A stretch of 63,998 nucleotides of DNA, filler included, from Octopus bimaculoides (lineage: Eukaryota), in assembly GCF_001194135.2 (NCBI RefSeq). It is 8 parts of 8 records of this genome, joined end to end, with 100 filler letters (N's around TTAATTAATTAA, not from the genome) between each part and the next. Parts side by side here need not be neighbours in the genome. Positions count along the whole stretch, not along the records: positions 13,669 to 40,082 come from NC_069005.1; 7 more parts are not named here. One strand, 5' to 3'. The notes under the pieces are model-generated. The model saw only the letters and a program-made list of their open reading frames with translations. It was not told the DNA's origin and ran no database searches. A program made the translations under genes and the position numbers. Shown piece after piece: positions 25,900 to 38,892 of this stretch (its first letter is position 1; each line of letters opens with the position of its first letter).

Positions 25900-26920
25900 A
25901 TGGCATACCATATCTAGCAGAACAAGCATCAACACTGAGAGAGGCTTCCTCATTTACTTGTAGTTGAAATCATCCTCATCCCCATTTAGCATCTGCTTTC
26001 TAAGCTAGCATGGGTAAGGTGGTTTGAGTGGAGCTGGTAAGCTAGAAGGCTGCACCGGGATCCAGTCTGTTTTGACTTGGTTTCTATGGCCGGATGCCCT
26101 TCCTAACACTGGCCACAAAATGTGTTGGTAAATGAATTTTTTAATTAATCAAATCCTCTTTTGAATGGTTTTGTAACACTACAGCCACTCTAATATCAAA
26201 GCAGTATACATATGTGATTTGCTAATAAGGACCCTTTCAAATTTTGGTACAAGGGCAAGTCAATTATAACGACCCCAGTAGTCAAGTGGTACTTATTTCA
26301 TTTTATTGACCCTGCAAGGATGGATGAAAGGCAAAGCTGACCTCGGTGGAACTTGAACTCAGACCATGAGCTTAAAGGAATGCCACTAAGCATTCTACCA
26401 ACTTGCCATACCTTTTTATTTATCTGACATTTTGAAAAGTGCCGACTGAAGAAATTTTGAACGTGGTTCGTGGGTCCCTTCTTATACTATTTTGTGGAGT
26501 CCAGGGCTTTGAGACCCACATGTTGGAAACTTCTGATTTAAATAGTAACCCCTGTACTATCATATTTCCATTGAAACACACATTTGTTTTAGTTAATTTT
26601 GAAAATAGTGAAGAATTTAATTAAATAACGTTGTCATTATTTAGCTGGTGTTTAGAACTTCAATTTACATAGAGTTTTGATTGAAGCTTTTAATTCTAAA
26701 CAGCAGTAAATTTATATCATTGAACGGAGGGGTAATCTCAGGTGGATTGATATAAAGAGACTAAATTCTTACTGACTCACTCCGTCTAGATTTAGATATG
26801 TACCATAAACCATAGATCATTACTGTTATAGAAACAACATATGATCTATGAAGTAGTCTGTCTATTTTGACTTGGTTTGAGAGAAGTGTTTATACACACC
26901 ATGGAGATGTGTAATGCAAT

Positions 26921-27158
26921 CAGGGCCAGCGCTAGGAAGTGCAGGGCCCAATTACTGAATTATCAGTGGGGCCTACTACTCTATTAAAGGTGAAGATTGA
27001 TGTTTTAGGCAGTTGTCAGTCCCAGTCAAAAAGCATTTAGGATTTGAGGCTCCACTACGAGTCATAAATGATATGCTAAAAATTCATGCATGATGCCCTC
27101 TCTTGGTGCAGGGCCCAATTTGAACAAATCTGTCTAATTCAGCTTAAAACCAGCCCTG
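26921..27158. mobile_element. hAT-type MITE (CAGGG..CCCTG ends)
   Basis: Ends cagggccagc / ccagccctg; flanks aatgcaat (26913-26920) and aatgtaat (27159-27166), a 7/8 match to an 8-bp TSD. Confidence 0.65.
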
Positions 27159-28323
27159 AATGTAATGGCCAGCATGTCTGAATGTGTGTGTGTGTGTGTA
27201 ACATCATTTAACATCTGCCATCTATGTTGGCATGAGTTGGACAGTTCAACAGGATCTGAACGAGTTGGAGTCTTGTGCCAAGATCCAAATATCTGCTTTG
27301 GCATGGTTTCTACAGCTTGATGCTCTTCCAAATGCCAACCACTTTACAGAATGTAAATGGGTGCTTTCCTTTTTTGACACCAGCACCAGTGAGGTTGCCA
27401 AGTAGCTCACAAGGTTACAAAAAAAAAAATTAAATAAAAACCAAGCTATCAATAAGGCAATGTGATTTCAAAGTCAACGAGATTTTCGTGTTAACATGAG
27501 TAGTTTGTACCTTGATTGCTTTATTATTTTAAAATGTAAAAACACATTTTTGTGACCCATAGATTAACTAATGATAAATTTCGTATATATACAGGCACTA
27601 GGCAATCGTGTGACTCCAGGTTCACAACTCCCAGCAATCAAGTTGACCATACCTTTATCATCATCATCATATAAAATATCTGTTTTCCATGCTGGCATGG
27701 ATTGGACAGTCTGACAGCAGTTGGTAAGACAAGACTACACCAAGATCTGTCTGCTTTGGCTTGGTTTCTACAGCTGGATGCCCTTCCTAACACCAATTAC
27801 TTTGCAGTGTACTGGATGCTTTTGTACATGGTACCAGCATCAATGAGGTCACTGAGTAACTTGCAAGACCCCCCCCCCCTCAACTGAAGTAATGGGAGTA
27901 GTATTAAGGGCATTCGAAGGTTATATTTGGTAGACCAAAACTGTGCAGCAGTCCATCACTATGGCCAATAATGGAAACAGGAAATGACATAATTGACAGA
28001 GAGGGAGGGGTTTGAACCAAAGATGTGAAGAAATGTGGGTTGTGAATTAAAGAAGGTAAAGAACTGAATGCTGTCAACAATGGAAGGATAAAACTGGCTT
28101 GAGGTTGTAAACCGAGGAGGGACAAGCTTGACCTTACTCTTTACTTGTTTCAGTCATTTGACTGTGGCCATGCTGGAGCACCGCCTTTAGTCGAGCAAAT
28201 CGACCCCAGGACTTATTCTTTGGAAGCCTAGTACTTATTCTATTGGTCTCTCTTTTGCCGAACCACTAAGTTACGAGAACGTAAACACACCAGCATTGGT
28301 TGTCAAGCGATGTAGGGGGACAA

Positions 28324-28366
<43 letters not shown>

Positions 28367-29469
28367 CGACGGGCTTCTTTCAGTTTCCGTCTACCAAATC
28401 CACTCACAAGGCTTTGGTCGGCCCGAGGCTATAGTAGAAGACACTTGCCCAAAGTGCCACGCAGTGGGACTGAACCCGGAACCATGTGGTTGATAAGCAA
28501 GCTACTTACCACACAGCCACTCAAAGAGGTTTTGAACAAATGAAAGAATAGACTGACCAGGGGCTGTAAACAAAGAGAGGAACAGATAACTAGAGCTTTG
28601 GGTCTAAGTGGGAAAAGAAACTGACCATTATTCGGAACATAAGTAGAAAGAGACTGACTAGGGTAGCTGTGAATCAAAGCTAGAAAATAGTAATGAAAAG
28701 CTGAGGTGGGGCATAGCTAACCACAAACAAAAAATAATGTAACCAAGTAATAACCAACAAATAATGTAACCAAAAGGGATTAAACACATGAATCATAGAC
28801 CAAAGGAAAAATAGTTATTCAAAGAAGTAACACTACGAAAGACAGCCCCAAATATAAGAGCAGAAATACTATGAAAGATATCCCTAAAATATAAAACAAA
28901 AACAGATTACTATTATTAAAAGAGTGGCATTTATCATTTCCATAGCAAGTTTAACTGTAAGGAATGAAGATGAGGGTGTAGGGGGGTTTACAGAACCAAC
29001 AAGAAACAAGTTCACACTGAACTGTTAAATAGTTTAAGTCCTGATCTATATGTTACTCCACCTGAACACATTTTCACTTACCTTCGTCAGATCGCTGTCA
29101 TTTGATCTGAAAGACTTGTTGTGGTAATGGTGGTTGTTGTTGTTGTTGTTGTTGGTGGTACTTTTTGATCCCTCTCAATTATACAAGTGGTCGTTGTTAG
29201 TCCGTGTGGTTAGATAAAAAAATCCAGGGTTTTCTTTCAAAGTGTAGAAGTAACAAATAGTAGTAGAAGTAGTAACATTGTTAAAAGTTACACAAAGTAC
29301 CATCTGAAGCCCTGTAATAATATCTGTAGTAGTAGTAGTAGTAGTAGTAGCACCAAGTAGTCATTCTCCAGCAGGACACTCACTTTTCAATAGAAGCCAA
29401 ATTTTAAACTGACGCCAGTAAGATGTGAACCGTTGAACGGCTGATACAACTGAATACCAACACCATCAA

Positions 29470-30180
29470 TAACAATCCTTTCTACTAAAGGCACAAGGCC
29501 TGAAATTTGGGGGGGAGGGGGCTAGATGATTACACTGACCTCTCAGTATTTGATTGATACTTATTTCATCGACCCTGGAAGGGTGAAAGGTAAAGTCAAC
29601 CTTAGTGGAATTTGAACTTGGTACGTAAAGACAAACAAAAATGCTGCTAAGCATTGTGCCCAACATCGTAATGATTCTGCCAGCTCACCACCTTATACCT
29701 CGTTAATAATAATAATAATCATGGTTTCAAATTTTGGCACAAGGCCAGCAAGTTTGGGGTTGGGGTTAAACCGATTACATTGACCCCAATACTCAACTGG
29801 TACTTATTTTATCAACCCCAAAAAGATGAAAGGTAAAGTCAACCTCAGGTGGAATTTGAACTCAAAACGAGAAGACAGACAAAATACTGCCAAGCATTTC
29901 ACCCATTGTGCTAACAATTCTGCCAGCTCACCAGCTTAATAATGATGATAATAATAATAATGGTTTCAAATTCTGCCACAAGGACAGCAATGTTGGGGGG
30001 AGGGGATGAGTCAATTACATCGACCCCAGACTTCAACCGGTATTTATTTTATCGACCCCCGAAAGGATGAAAGGTAAAGTCGACCTCGGCAGAGTTTGAA
30101 CTCAGAAATGTAAGGACGGGCGAAATACCGCTAAGCATTTTACCCGGCATGCTAACAATTCTGCCAGCTCGCCACCTTAA
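29470..30180 (-). mobile_element. Three head-to-tail copies of a tRNA-derived SINE separated by (AAT)n
   Basis: The unit aaggcggcgagctggcagaat..gaaatgcttagcggtatttcg..ttctgagttcaaa..gaggtcgactttac..ggggtcgataaa recurs three times. Similar arrays are at 56775-57200 (-) and 60163-60600 (+). Confidence 0.8.
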
Positions 30181-31050
30181 TAATAATAATAAAAATAATA
30201 CAGACAACTGGAAAATAACAAACACACAGCTGACCTTCAACCGCTACAATGGTTTGCAGTATTAAATTTCAACTAAACAAAAAAACAAACTTTCTGAACA
30301 TTTTCATTACACTGTTTACACGTCATTTTGGTAAATATTGTTTTGTCCTTTACTTGTTTCAGTTAATGGACAGTGGCCATGGTGGGGCACTGCCTTGAAG
30401 CACTTTAGTTGAACAAGTTGGCTCCAGTACTTAATTTGTCGTTTTAAAGCAAAGACAAGTTGGAGCAAAGACAAGTTGGTATCAAAAGGTTAAGCACCAA
30501 AGCTAGCTTTCTGAGTAGTAAAAAGTGAAGATAATGAGGCTGGTTTTTAATCCTAGTGTAGCGCATTGGCTCTACTTTTATCAGCTCCACAAAAATTAAA
30601 GGCTAAGTTGACAATGGAAAGGTTTGGATCTGGAACTAAGACCAAACTATCTGACCAAACTCTGCTTTTTTAACCATTAAACCTACTAATATGGTCACTA
30701 GATAACTATTGGCTGGCACTAGTGACAGGCTATATAATAAATGTAAGGAGAGAATGATATTAGGACCGTTTCAGGCAGCTTTAGTGAATCAGATTGTGAC
30801 CCTCAAGCAAGACTGAGTATGACTAAACTGCATCCAATAGCGGGGCCCTGGTTTGGGGGTTCCAAGGTTTTGAGGCATGTGGAGCCAACTCAGAGCCACT
30901 GTTGTTCTCAGGGCTTCTCTGACCCAGAGTAGCAACATCAGCCAGGGTCCCAGCTAGGGGTTAGATAACATGTAAACCATCCAAGCCAGGGTATTTTGAA
31001 ATCATGGGATGCAGCAAGATGGATGTGAACTATTCTGGCAAATGAATATA

Positions 31051-31279
31051 TTAACCCTTTAGCATTCAGATTTCTCTGTCAAATGTAATCCTTATTTATC
31101 CACCTAGTTTTGAATTAATCATGCATTATCTTGTAGCTTTGAGATTTCAATGACATGATGGCTTATTTTCAGAATAACATTGTAGGAGAGGTGTAAGAGG
31201 CTGGACCTGGCCAGTTTGAAGATAAAACAGGGCTGAATATTTTGGCCAGATATGGCTGGTTTAAATGCTAAAGGGTTAA
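31051..31279. mobile_element. piggyBac-like MITE (TTAA TSD, CCCTTTAGCATT TIR)
   Basis: TTAA-CCCTTTAGCATT...AATGCTAAAGGG-TTAA. Related copies lie at about 15075-15295, 24219-24320, 48220-48410 and 48935-49160. Confidence 0.7.
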
Positions 31280-34200
31280 AATGATGCTGAGCAGATGAAC
31301 TGACAACAAACTAGAAATGGCCAGGATCAACCGGTTCAGTTAGAACTATTGCTATCATCTTTAGACATGGTGTCTTCCTACGACAAACTGAGTGAAATGT
31401 GTTTTCTCTTACAAAACAACAGTTACAGGAAGGAGACTGTCAGTTTCCAACGAATGTGAATAGGGGTTTCAAATTTTAGCACAAGGCCAGCAGTTCCATG
31501 GGAAGGGGTAAGTTGACTACATCGATTCAAGTAATCAGCTGGTACTTATTTTATTGACCCCCAAAAGGATGAAAGGCAAAGTCAACCTTTGCAGAATTTG
31601 AACTCAGAACACAAAGACAGATGAAATACCACTAAGCATTTCGCCCAGCATGCTAACATTTCAGCCAGTTTGCAGCCTTAACAAATGTGAATACTGCCAG
31701 ATCATACTAGTGTGGGGTACAGAACCCACCACTGTTCCTACACCCTGATTACAAATCCACAATTTTCAGTAAAGCAAGCTACATAAGAAAATGGTTAAGG
31801 CTGACAGTCACAATCTTAAACATATGAATTAATATTTAGTGGCCTAGTATTCCACAGATACATCTGGTTGGGCACTCAGTCGGTTATGACAACAAGGGTT
31901 CCAGTTGATTCGATCCACAGAACAGCCTGATCGTGAGATTAATATACAAGTGGTTGAGCATTGGAGATTCAGCATGACACAGAATTTGACAAGTCTGGCC
32001 CCTTTGAATTGCAGGTGCAGCTCATTTTTGCCAGGTGAGTGGACTGAAGCAATGTGAAATAAAGGGTCTTGCTTAAGGATACAACATGCCACCAAGAATC
32101 GAAACAGACATATGTAAATCTTAATGTAAATCTCTAGCAGAAAGAGCATGACTGTGTGACTATGTTGTACCTTTGAATTACATTTATAATCCACCTGACA
32201 GGCTTCTATACAGTCTCCGTCTACCCAATTTTATTCATAGGGTATAGGTTAATCAGAGCCTAAAGTAAATGACATTCGCCCAAAATACCATGCAGTGGGA
32301 TTGAACTTGGGACCTTGTGGTTGAGATGTGAACTTCTTAACCATTCAGCTATCATCATTTAATGTCCGTTTTCCATGCTGGTACGGGTTGGTCAGTTTGA
32401 TAGGATCTGATGGGTCCAAGGACTGCATTGAGCTCCAATACTTGCTTTTGACATGTTTTCCGTGGCTGGATGCCCTTCCTAAAGCCAACCACTTCACAGA
32501 GTGTACTGGGAGCTGCTATTTTTTGGGCCACCAACACAAGTGAGGTCGCCAAATAACTTGCAACACAAGGATAAAAACAGAATACAGAAAAAAATGGGAA
32601 AAAGACACCTCAACTAAAAAAGAAGAAATTAGAAGATAATGGCTAAAATGTGATAGATGGACAAGACCGGGTGTCTTGCTATAGATGAGATACAAAGGTT
32701 ACCCCAACATTATATAAGGGTAGGTGGGAGCAGCTGGAAAGAAGATAGTGATACTGAGTATATTAACAGGTACTTGGACCCTTTCTCATTATCATCAATC
32801 TTAGCACAAGACTATAGGGCCAGCCCCTTTCAGCTAGAGCAGCACTCCTCCTTGTATTATAGACTAAGTGACCAAAGTATTATTAAGACATACTAAGACA
32901 ATCACACCCTCAATATAATCCTGAGGTAGAATCATAAGAAGAAGGCTGCTGGCACCTTTGAATTTTAGATACAGTCCATTTGATGAGCCTCCATGATTCC
33001 CACCCATTCGATTTCACTAACAAGGATTGCCATGGTGACATGCAGTACACTCAGACTCAGGACCTCATTATTGCAAAGCTTTTTGTCTATTCTACTCAAC
33101 ACATACATACATACATACAGTAGTGTGCGAATGTTGAACATCAACCATAATGAACTACTTGGTACCGATGGAACTAAGCAATGCTCTGATACATTCACTG
33201 CAAACCAGTATTAAGTAAAATGTTGTATATCGGGAGTGGGGTGGGAGGAGATGGGGCAGGGATACAAATTAATGGAAATTAGTCAAGATATGCCTTTGTA
33301 GTCCAGTAAGTTAATTAAAACATTCCTTCGACTCTTAATGAGTCAGGGAATGCCCTGGAGAATAACTGATAAAAAATAACACTTGGAATGTAGCAATTTA
33401 AATCAAAGACTTGCATTCGAGAAACTTATTTAGATTTCCAATGTTATTTACCTCACGTTTATATTTACATTGCTAGAAGAATCAGCCCTGATGGAAAACC
33501 AAGGAGTGATGGAGTCCCTCAGGCAGTCCGGTGCCCTCTTTGACACCCTTCCAGCAAGACCAGGGCATGTGGAGCTCTCCAGCCTTATAAGGTAATTCAC
33601 CAAGGAGAAAGCCACTCAAATGTAAAAAAAAAACCTACAGATTGCTGGTCACCACAGCTGTCCTAGCTCACAGAGCCACTGTGGTGAAACCTCCGAGTCT
33701 AAAGAATAGGACTGGATTGCACAGACTGACTCACTTTAAAACTAATACCCAGAGGCAGGAAGGAAAGCCCTGCAGCGTTACTCATTTTTGCCATTTGAGT
33801 GGACTGGAGCAACGTGAAATGAAGTGTTTTGCTCAAGAACACAACGCGTCGCCCAGTCCCGGAATCGAAACCACAATCTTACAATCATGAATCTGACACC
33901 CTAACCCCTAAGCCACGCGCCTCCACTATATACACTATATCAGAACATTTATATATATGCTACAGTTGAGCTTTGAGCTGACCTTACACGGAGTGGCCTA
34001 TTGCTGCATAAAAGCCGATCCACACAAATCAAGCAAATCAGACCATCGGATATAATAAGGAATATTATTTATCTCCATCGAAACACGGATGTTCTGTTAG
34101 AACAAACTATACTGCGGTAGCGACCATGAGAGAAAGTCTCACATTGGCTTTTCGTTTGTGCATGTACATATATTTTGTTCTAACAGCGTATTTATGTTTA

Positions 34201-35017
34201 AGTCGTCATCATCATCGTTTAACGTCCGCTTTCCATGCTAGCATGGGTTGGACGATTTGACTGAGGACTGGTGAACCAGATGGCCACACCAGGCTCCAAT
34301 CTGATTTGGCAGAGTTTCTACAGCTGGATGCCCTTCCTAACGCCAACCACTCAGAGAGTGTAGTGGGTGCTCTCGGAGTGAAATAATATTTCTTGGTATA
34401 AATACAGAGTGTCATTAATATATATTTTCTAACAAGCTAACTGGCTAGTCGCAACACCAGCATCTGTTCTGGCACTATTTACCTATATATCACTGGTGGA
34501 GATGAGTCACTGCTCTCTCTCTAGTGGCCAGGTTTCCATGATCGACAAGGTCATATAGTCCTGGTGCTGGAGGTATTGGGGATTTGCCACCCCACAAGCG
34601 AAGTAAACAAGAGTGCATTTTGCACCAAAAGCCAATACTTAACTACCACAATATTGTTTGTTCTAATGAAACACCCACGTGGGGATAAATATTACCTCTC
34701 AGCATAAATACAGCTTCTGTCTCTAATATATATTTTTTAGTATACATGTGCATGGGCGGTGAGGGGCATATAAACACTGATTGGTAAACTTTACAAGGAT
34801 TTCAGGTTGTAAATGATGAGCAGTGAATGTAGCAAGCTTCCAACTACAATAAGGGGGAAAAAAATAATAAATAAGGTTATAGCTGTAGAAATATTTATAT
34901 AAAACTGTCGAAAAGCTGTAAATAAAAAATATCAAAAAATATAAAACAAAATTAGATTTTAAAAGATAACATATATGATTAGAAAATATGTGAGTCTGTG
35001 TGTATACGTATATATGT

Positions 35018-35065
<48 letters not shown>

Positions 35066-35277
35066 TTATGAAAAATATCACATGAATACCAGTAGTTTAA
35101 GAGTGTTTAAATATGCACTTAATTTAGGACACGAAAAAATAGGGTTAAAAATTAAAATATCTAAATATGGAGGTTGAAGGGAATAATTTGTTTTTCTTTN
35201 NNNNNNNNNGAGAGCGAGAAACAGGGGGGGGAAATTTTTTCCTTCAAAAGAGAAAAATATTAGCAGGTCTGGGATAC

Positions 35278-35421
35278 AATTCACTGTCCTTGCGCATCAA
35301 ATCTTTATACATTTCATCATAGGTTGTGTTGAAGTCATAGATATTTGGACGATCGGGAGAGGGGCCTGGTAACTTCACCTGGGACCCGGTACCAAAGGAA
35401 CGAACTTTGAAACCTTTCTTG
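35278..35421 (-). CDS. SSU72: SSU72 CTD phosphatase, internal coding exon (homologue of vertebrate exon 2)
   Basis: Reverse complement reads taattacAG|C AAG AAA GGT TTC...AGT GAA TT|GTatcc = (S)KKGFKVRSFGTGSQVKLPGPSPDRPNIYDFNTTYDEMYKDLMRKDSE(L). This matches Ssu72 '[38 protein letters not shown]'. It is 144 nt, phase 2/2, with a pyrimidine tract before the acceptor. It is absent from the ORF track because it is an internal exon. Confidence 0.95.
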
Positions 35422-36620
35422 CTGTAATTAGAAAAAACAAAAGAAAAAAGAAAGAAAAAGAAAAATTTATATATATTTTTTCTTTACTATTTTTGCTTAA
35501 AATAAAAGCCACAAAAATTTAAAATATTTTAACAAAAGTAACTTGTCATTAAATAAAAATAAATTCATTTGTGTAATTGAAATTATGGAATTATTGGAAA
35601 CTCTCTGGAATTGATGTTTTTATAGTCAAATTTTATACCATAAATAGATATACATTTATATATTTACTGTTCTTTAATAAGAGTAGTATTGATAGTGACT
35701 TTGAAGTTTTAGCCAGCTAGACTATCGTTGGACTGCATAATGATGGCTTAGGAGAGAGTGGGCTGAGTAGACTAGAGCAATGAGAAATGAAGTACCTTGT
35801 TCAAGGAAAAGATGCCACTCAGTGCAAAAATTGAACTCATGACCTTAAAATAATGAGCTCAACACTCTAGGTCATTAGCCCCAAGCCTTTTTTGTTCCAT
35901 GGACCAGTTTCAATGACAGACAATTTTTTTTCCAAAGACCAGGTGATCAGGTGCATAATAAAGTGCATAAGTACAGTGGCACCTCAGTTTACAAACACCC
36001 CTCAACGCAAATTAATCAGTTTGTGAACATAAATTGTGTTGGGTGACAATCGGTGTTTCAAGGAACAAACACACAAGCCGACAACAATGGTTGGTGGTGA
36101 TAAGCAGAGAGTACAAGAAGGAGAGAGTCAGTTGCTGTCTAGATTTTGCTCAGTGCTCATCCTTGCTGGAATTCACTGTGCCTTCTCTCAAATTTCCTAT
36201 GGGAAAAATAGCTCCGGCTTACAAACATTTCAGGTTTTACTATATAGTAATTATTACATAATACATAATAATTATTATTACATAATAATGTGAAAACATC
36301 TTGCAGACAGTGATAGTCAATAAAATAGAAATAGAATTTTAAAATTTATTCTTTCTGTGCAATAGGATAACAAATTATCCACATACTTTCACTGATGAAG
36401 CAAAAAAAAAAAATGTTTTAAAAACAGACAAACTTAGCTACAAAGAACAAAGCATAAACAAGTCCAAGACTTGGCAACTGTAACTATAAGAGGTTGAAGA
36501 ACAAGCCTATCCCACTCCAATGAAACACTAACAACTTTTGACTAACACATGAAGTTTAATTTTTAGGTCAAGATCAAAGGTGCATCTGCTGTGACCGACA
36601 GGTCTGTCATACAGATATAA

Positions 36621-37110
36621 TATACGAGGTTTGATCACTAAATATCTGGACTGTTGCCAAAGTGACAAAGCTAAAGCATGCAGAGTGAAGCCACTTGGCA
36701 AAAATTGACCTTGAACTCTGCTGTGCATGCGTACTAAGTTTTAACATTCTAGCTCACTTCTATTGTTTACAGCAGTGCCTGGAAGGAAGGTGTGTAGCAT
36801 GTGATTGTCGCATTGACCATGAGAGAGAAAGTTGTCATGGCGATACCTGCTCAGAGGCCTACACAAAGTTGCAGAAAGTGTATGGTGAGGAGTGTACAAA
36901 TGGTTTAGACGTTTCCAAGATGGCCGAAAAAAATGTTGATAGTTAACGTTCTGGGAGAACCGCAAACAGCAGAACTGAGAAAAACCAGCAGAACTTTGCA
37001 TGCAGCTGTGAGGGGAAATCATTGAACCACCGTCTGTATCAGAGGATGTGCAGATTAATTATGGTTCAGTTCAGTCCATTATCACTGAAGATTTGGGTAT
37101 GAAGGATAAG
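36621..37110 (+). mobile_element. Mariner-like element 5' remnant
   Basis: Begins TAtacgagg (typical mariner end). A degenerate transposase N-terminus follows (..TCSEAYTKLQKVYGEEC..FRRFQDGRK..GEPQTA). Confidence 0.6.
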
Positions 37111-37615
37111 TGAGAATGGGTGGTAGTCTCAAAATAATTCACCCTGTTTAGTAAAGAGTTACATAGTAACTCTACTGGAGGTGGATACCAGGGTAGTTGT
37201 GTGGGTGTATTCTCCTATGTTTAAAGCTATAAAACCATCTAAATAGCACAACAGAAAATTGTTCAGCAATCAATGAATATGGTTAGTCTGAGGCAAAGAT
37301 ATCACAAGTTGGCAAGCAGACGTTTTAGAAGAGACATTCCAACTGTGACCATCTCATCTTTTATTTTTACAATGTATTGAAGTATGTTATTGTATCTAAT
37401 GTGTCTAAAGAAATATAAGCATGACAAACAACTCCAACAATAATCATTTAAGTATGAAACTAGCAGGAAAAAACATTCAACAAAAGCTATAAATATGAAC
37501 AATGTAGTCCAGTGTTGATGGCTTTTTTAATCTCCCCCCCCTCCATTTCCTCCTATCTTCAAAACAAGAACACTCCTACAAAGAAACCATCAGTTAACAC
37601 CAACCTTTTGACACA

Positions 37616-37659
<44 letters not shown>

Positions 37660-37832
37660 TACAAGGCAAAAACCAAAATCCAGAGAGATTAATTTGTTGA
37701 AACAAAAGATAGAAAAATCTCTCTTCCCTTAAAGGTCTGTTTGGAATTCCTATTGATCCACACAGCACACACACAAATGAAAATGATCAGTTATTCATCA
37801 TGGATAAGGCCATGCTAGAGTACCATCTACAG

Positions 37833-38149
37833 CAGTGTTTCTCAACCTTTTTACCCTAGCGTAATCCTTAAAATAAATTACGTCTCATGGAACCCCTGCA
37901 AAAAAAAAAAAAAATTATACACCATATCTCTCATATTTTTTCATCATAGTTCACATGGTAAATATCACACACACACACATATATGTGGTTGTTATATTTT
38001 TTTGATAACATATTAGGTTGGATAGGATGATGCCTATATTACAATATTACAATAACCAATATGTTGTGCATGTGTAGTAATATTACCATCATGAAATTGA
38101 CATTAGAACCCCTATGAACCTCTTGCGGAACCCCAGTTGAGAAGCGCTG
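37833..38149. mobile_element. hAT-Charlie-like MITE
   Basis: TIRs cagtgtttctcaac / gttgagaagcgctg with internal ggaacccc motifs. No clear TSD. Confidence 0.55.
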
Positions 38150-38855
38150 ATCATACACACAACTATTTTCATTCTCCCTATCATGCTTGCTACAAAACAT
38201 ACCACTCTCAGCAAAGAAGTCAAATTTTTCAAAGAAGTAAAATTTACATTAAAAAGAATAAAAATTTTAAGTAGGTCAACTTATTCAGCAAGTCAACTTT
38301 GGGGGAGCAAAAATTCAATGTGAAATGCAGCAGGATTTGGAAAGAGATTTGCGGATGTTAGATTGTTTACACAACATACTACATCAAAATATATGCCAGA
38401 AAATATGGTACTTCACTCAATCCTTTTAGTATTATTTCGTAATTGCTCCAATTCAAATATTTTTTTCTACTCTAGGCACAAGGCCCAAAATTTTGGGGGA
38501 GGTGGCTAATCGATTAGATCGACCCCAGTATGCAACTGGCACTTAATTTATCGACACAGAAAGGATGAAAGGCAAAGTCAACCATGGCAGAATTTGAACT
38601 CAGAATGTAAAAACTAACGAACAGCCCTAAATGTCCAGTTCAGCTCATGCTATTTATTCTTTTATTTATTTCAGTCATTTGACTGCGGCCATGCTGGAGC
38701 ACCGTCTTTAGTCAAACAAATTGACCCCAGGACTTATTCTTTGTAAGCCTAGTACTTATTCTATCGGTCTCTTTTGACGAACCACAAAGTGACGGGGACA
38801 TAAACACACCAGCATCGGTTGTCAAGCAAAGCTAGGGGGACAAACAGACACACAA

Positions 38856-38892
<37 letters not shown>

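Noticed and set aside
29470-30180. Repeat-spacer-like periodicity suggestive of CRISPR
   Set aside because: Units are about 200-nt SINE copies in a eukaryotic intron; there are no 25-45 nt repeats with unique spacers and no cas genes.
37700-37780. Minus-strand 'VLCGSIGIPNR' as a possible SSU72 exon 1
   Set aside because: Does not match the C-S-S-N-x-N-R-S motif, lacks a suitable donor, and begins in a (TG)n run.
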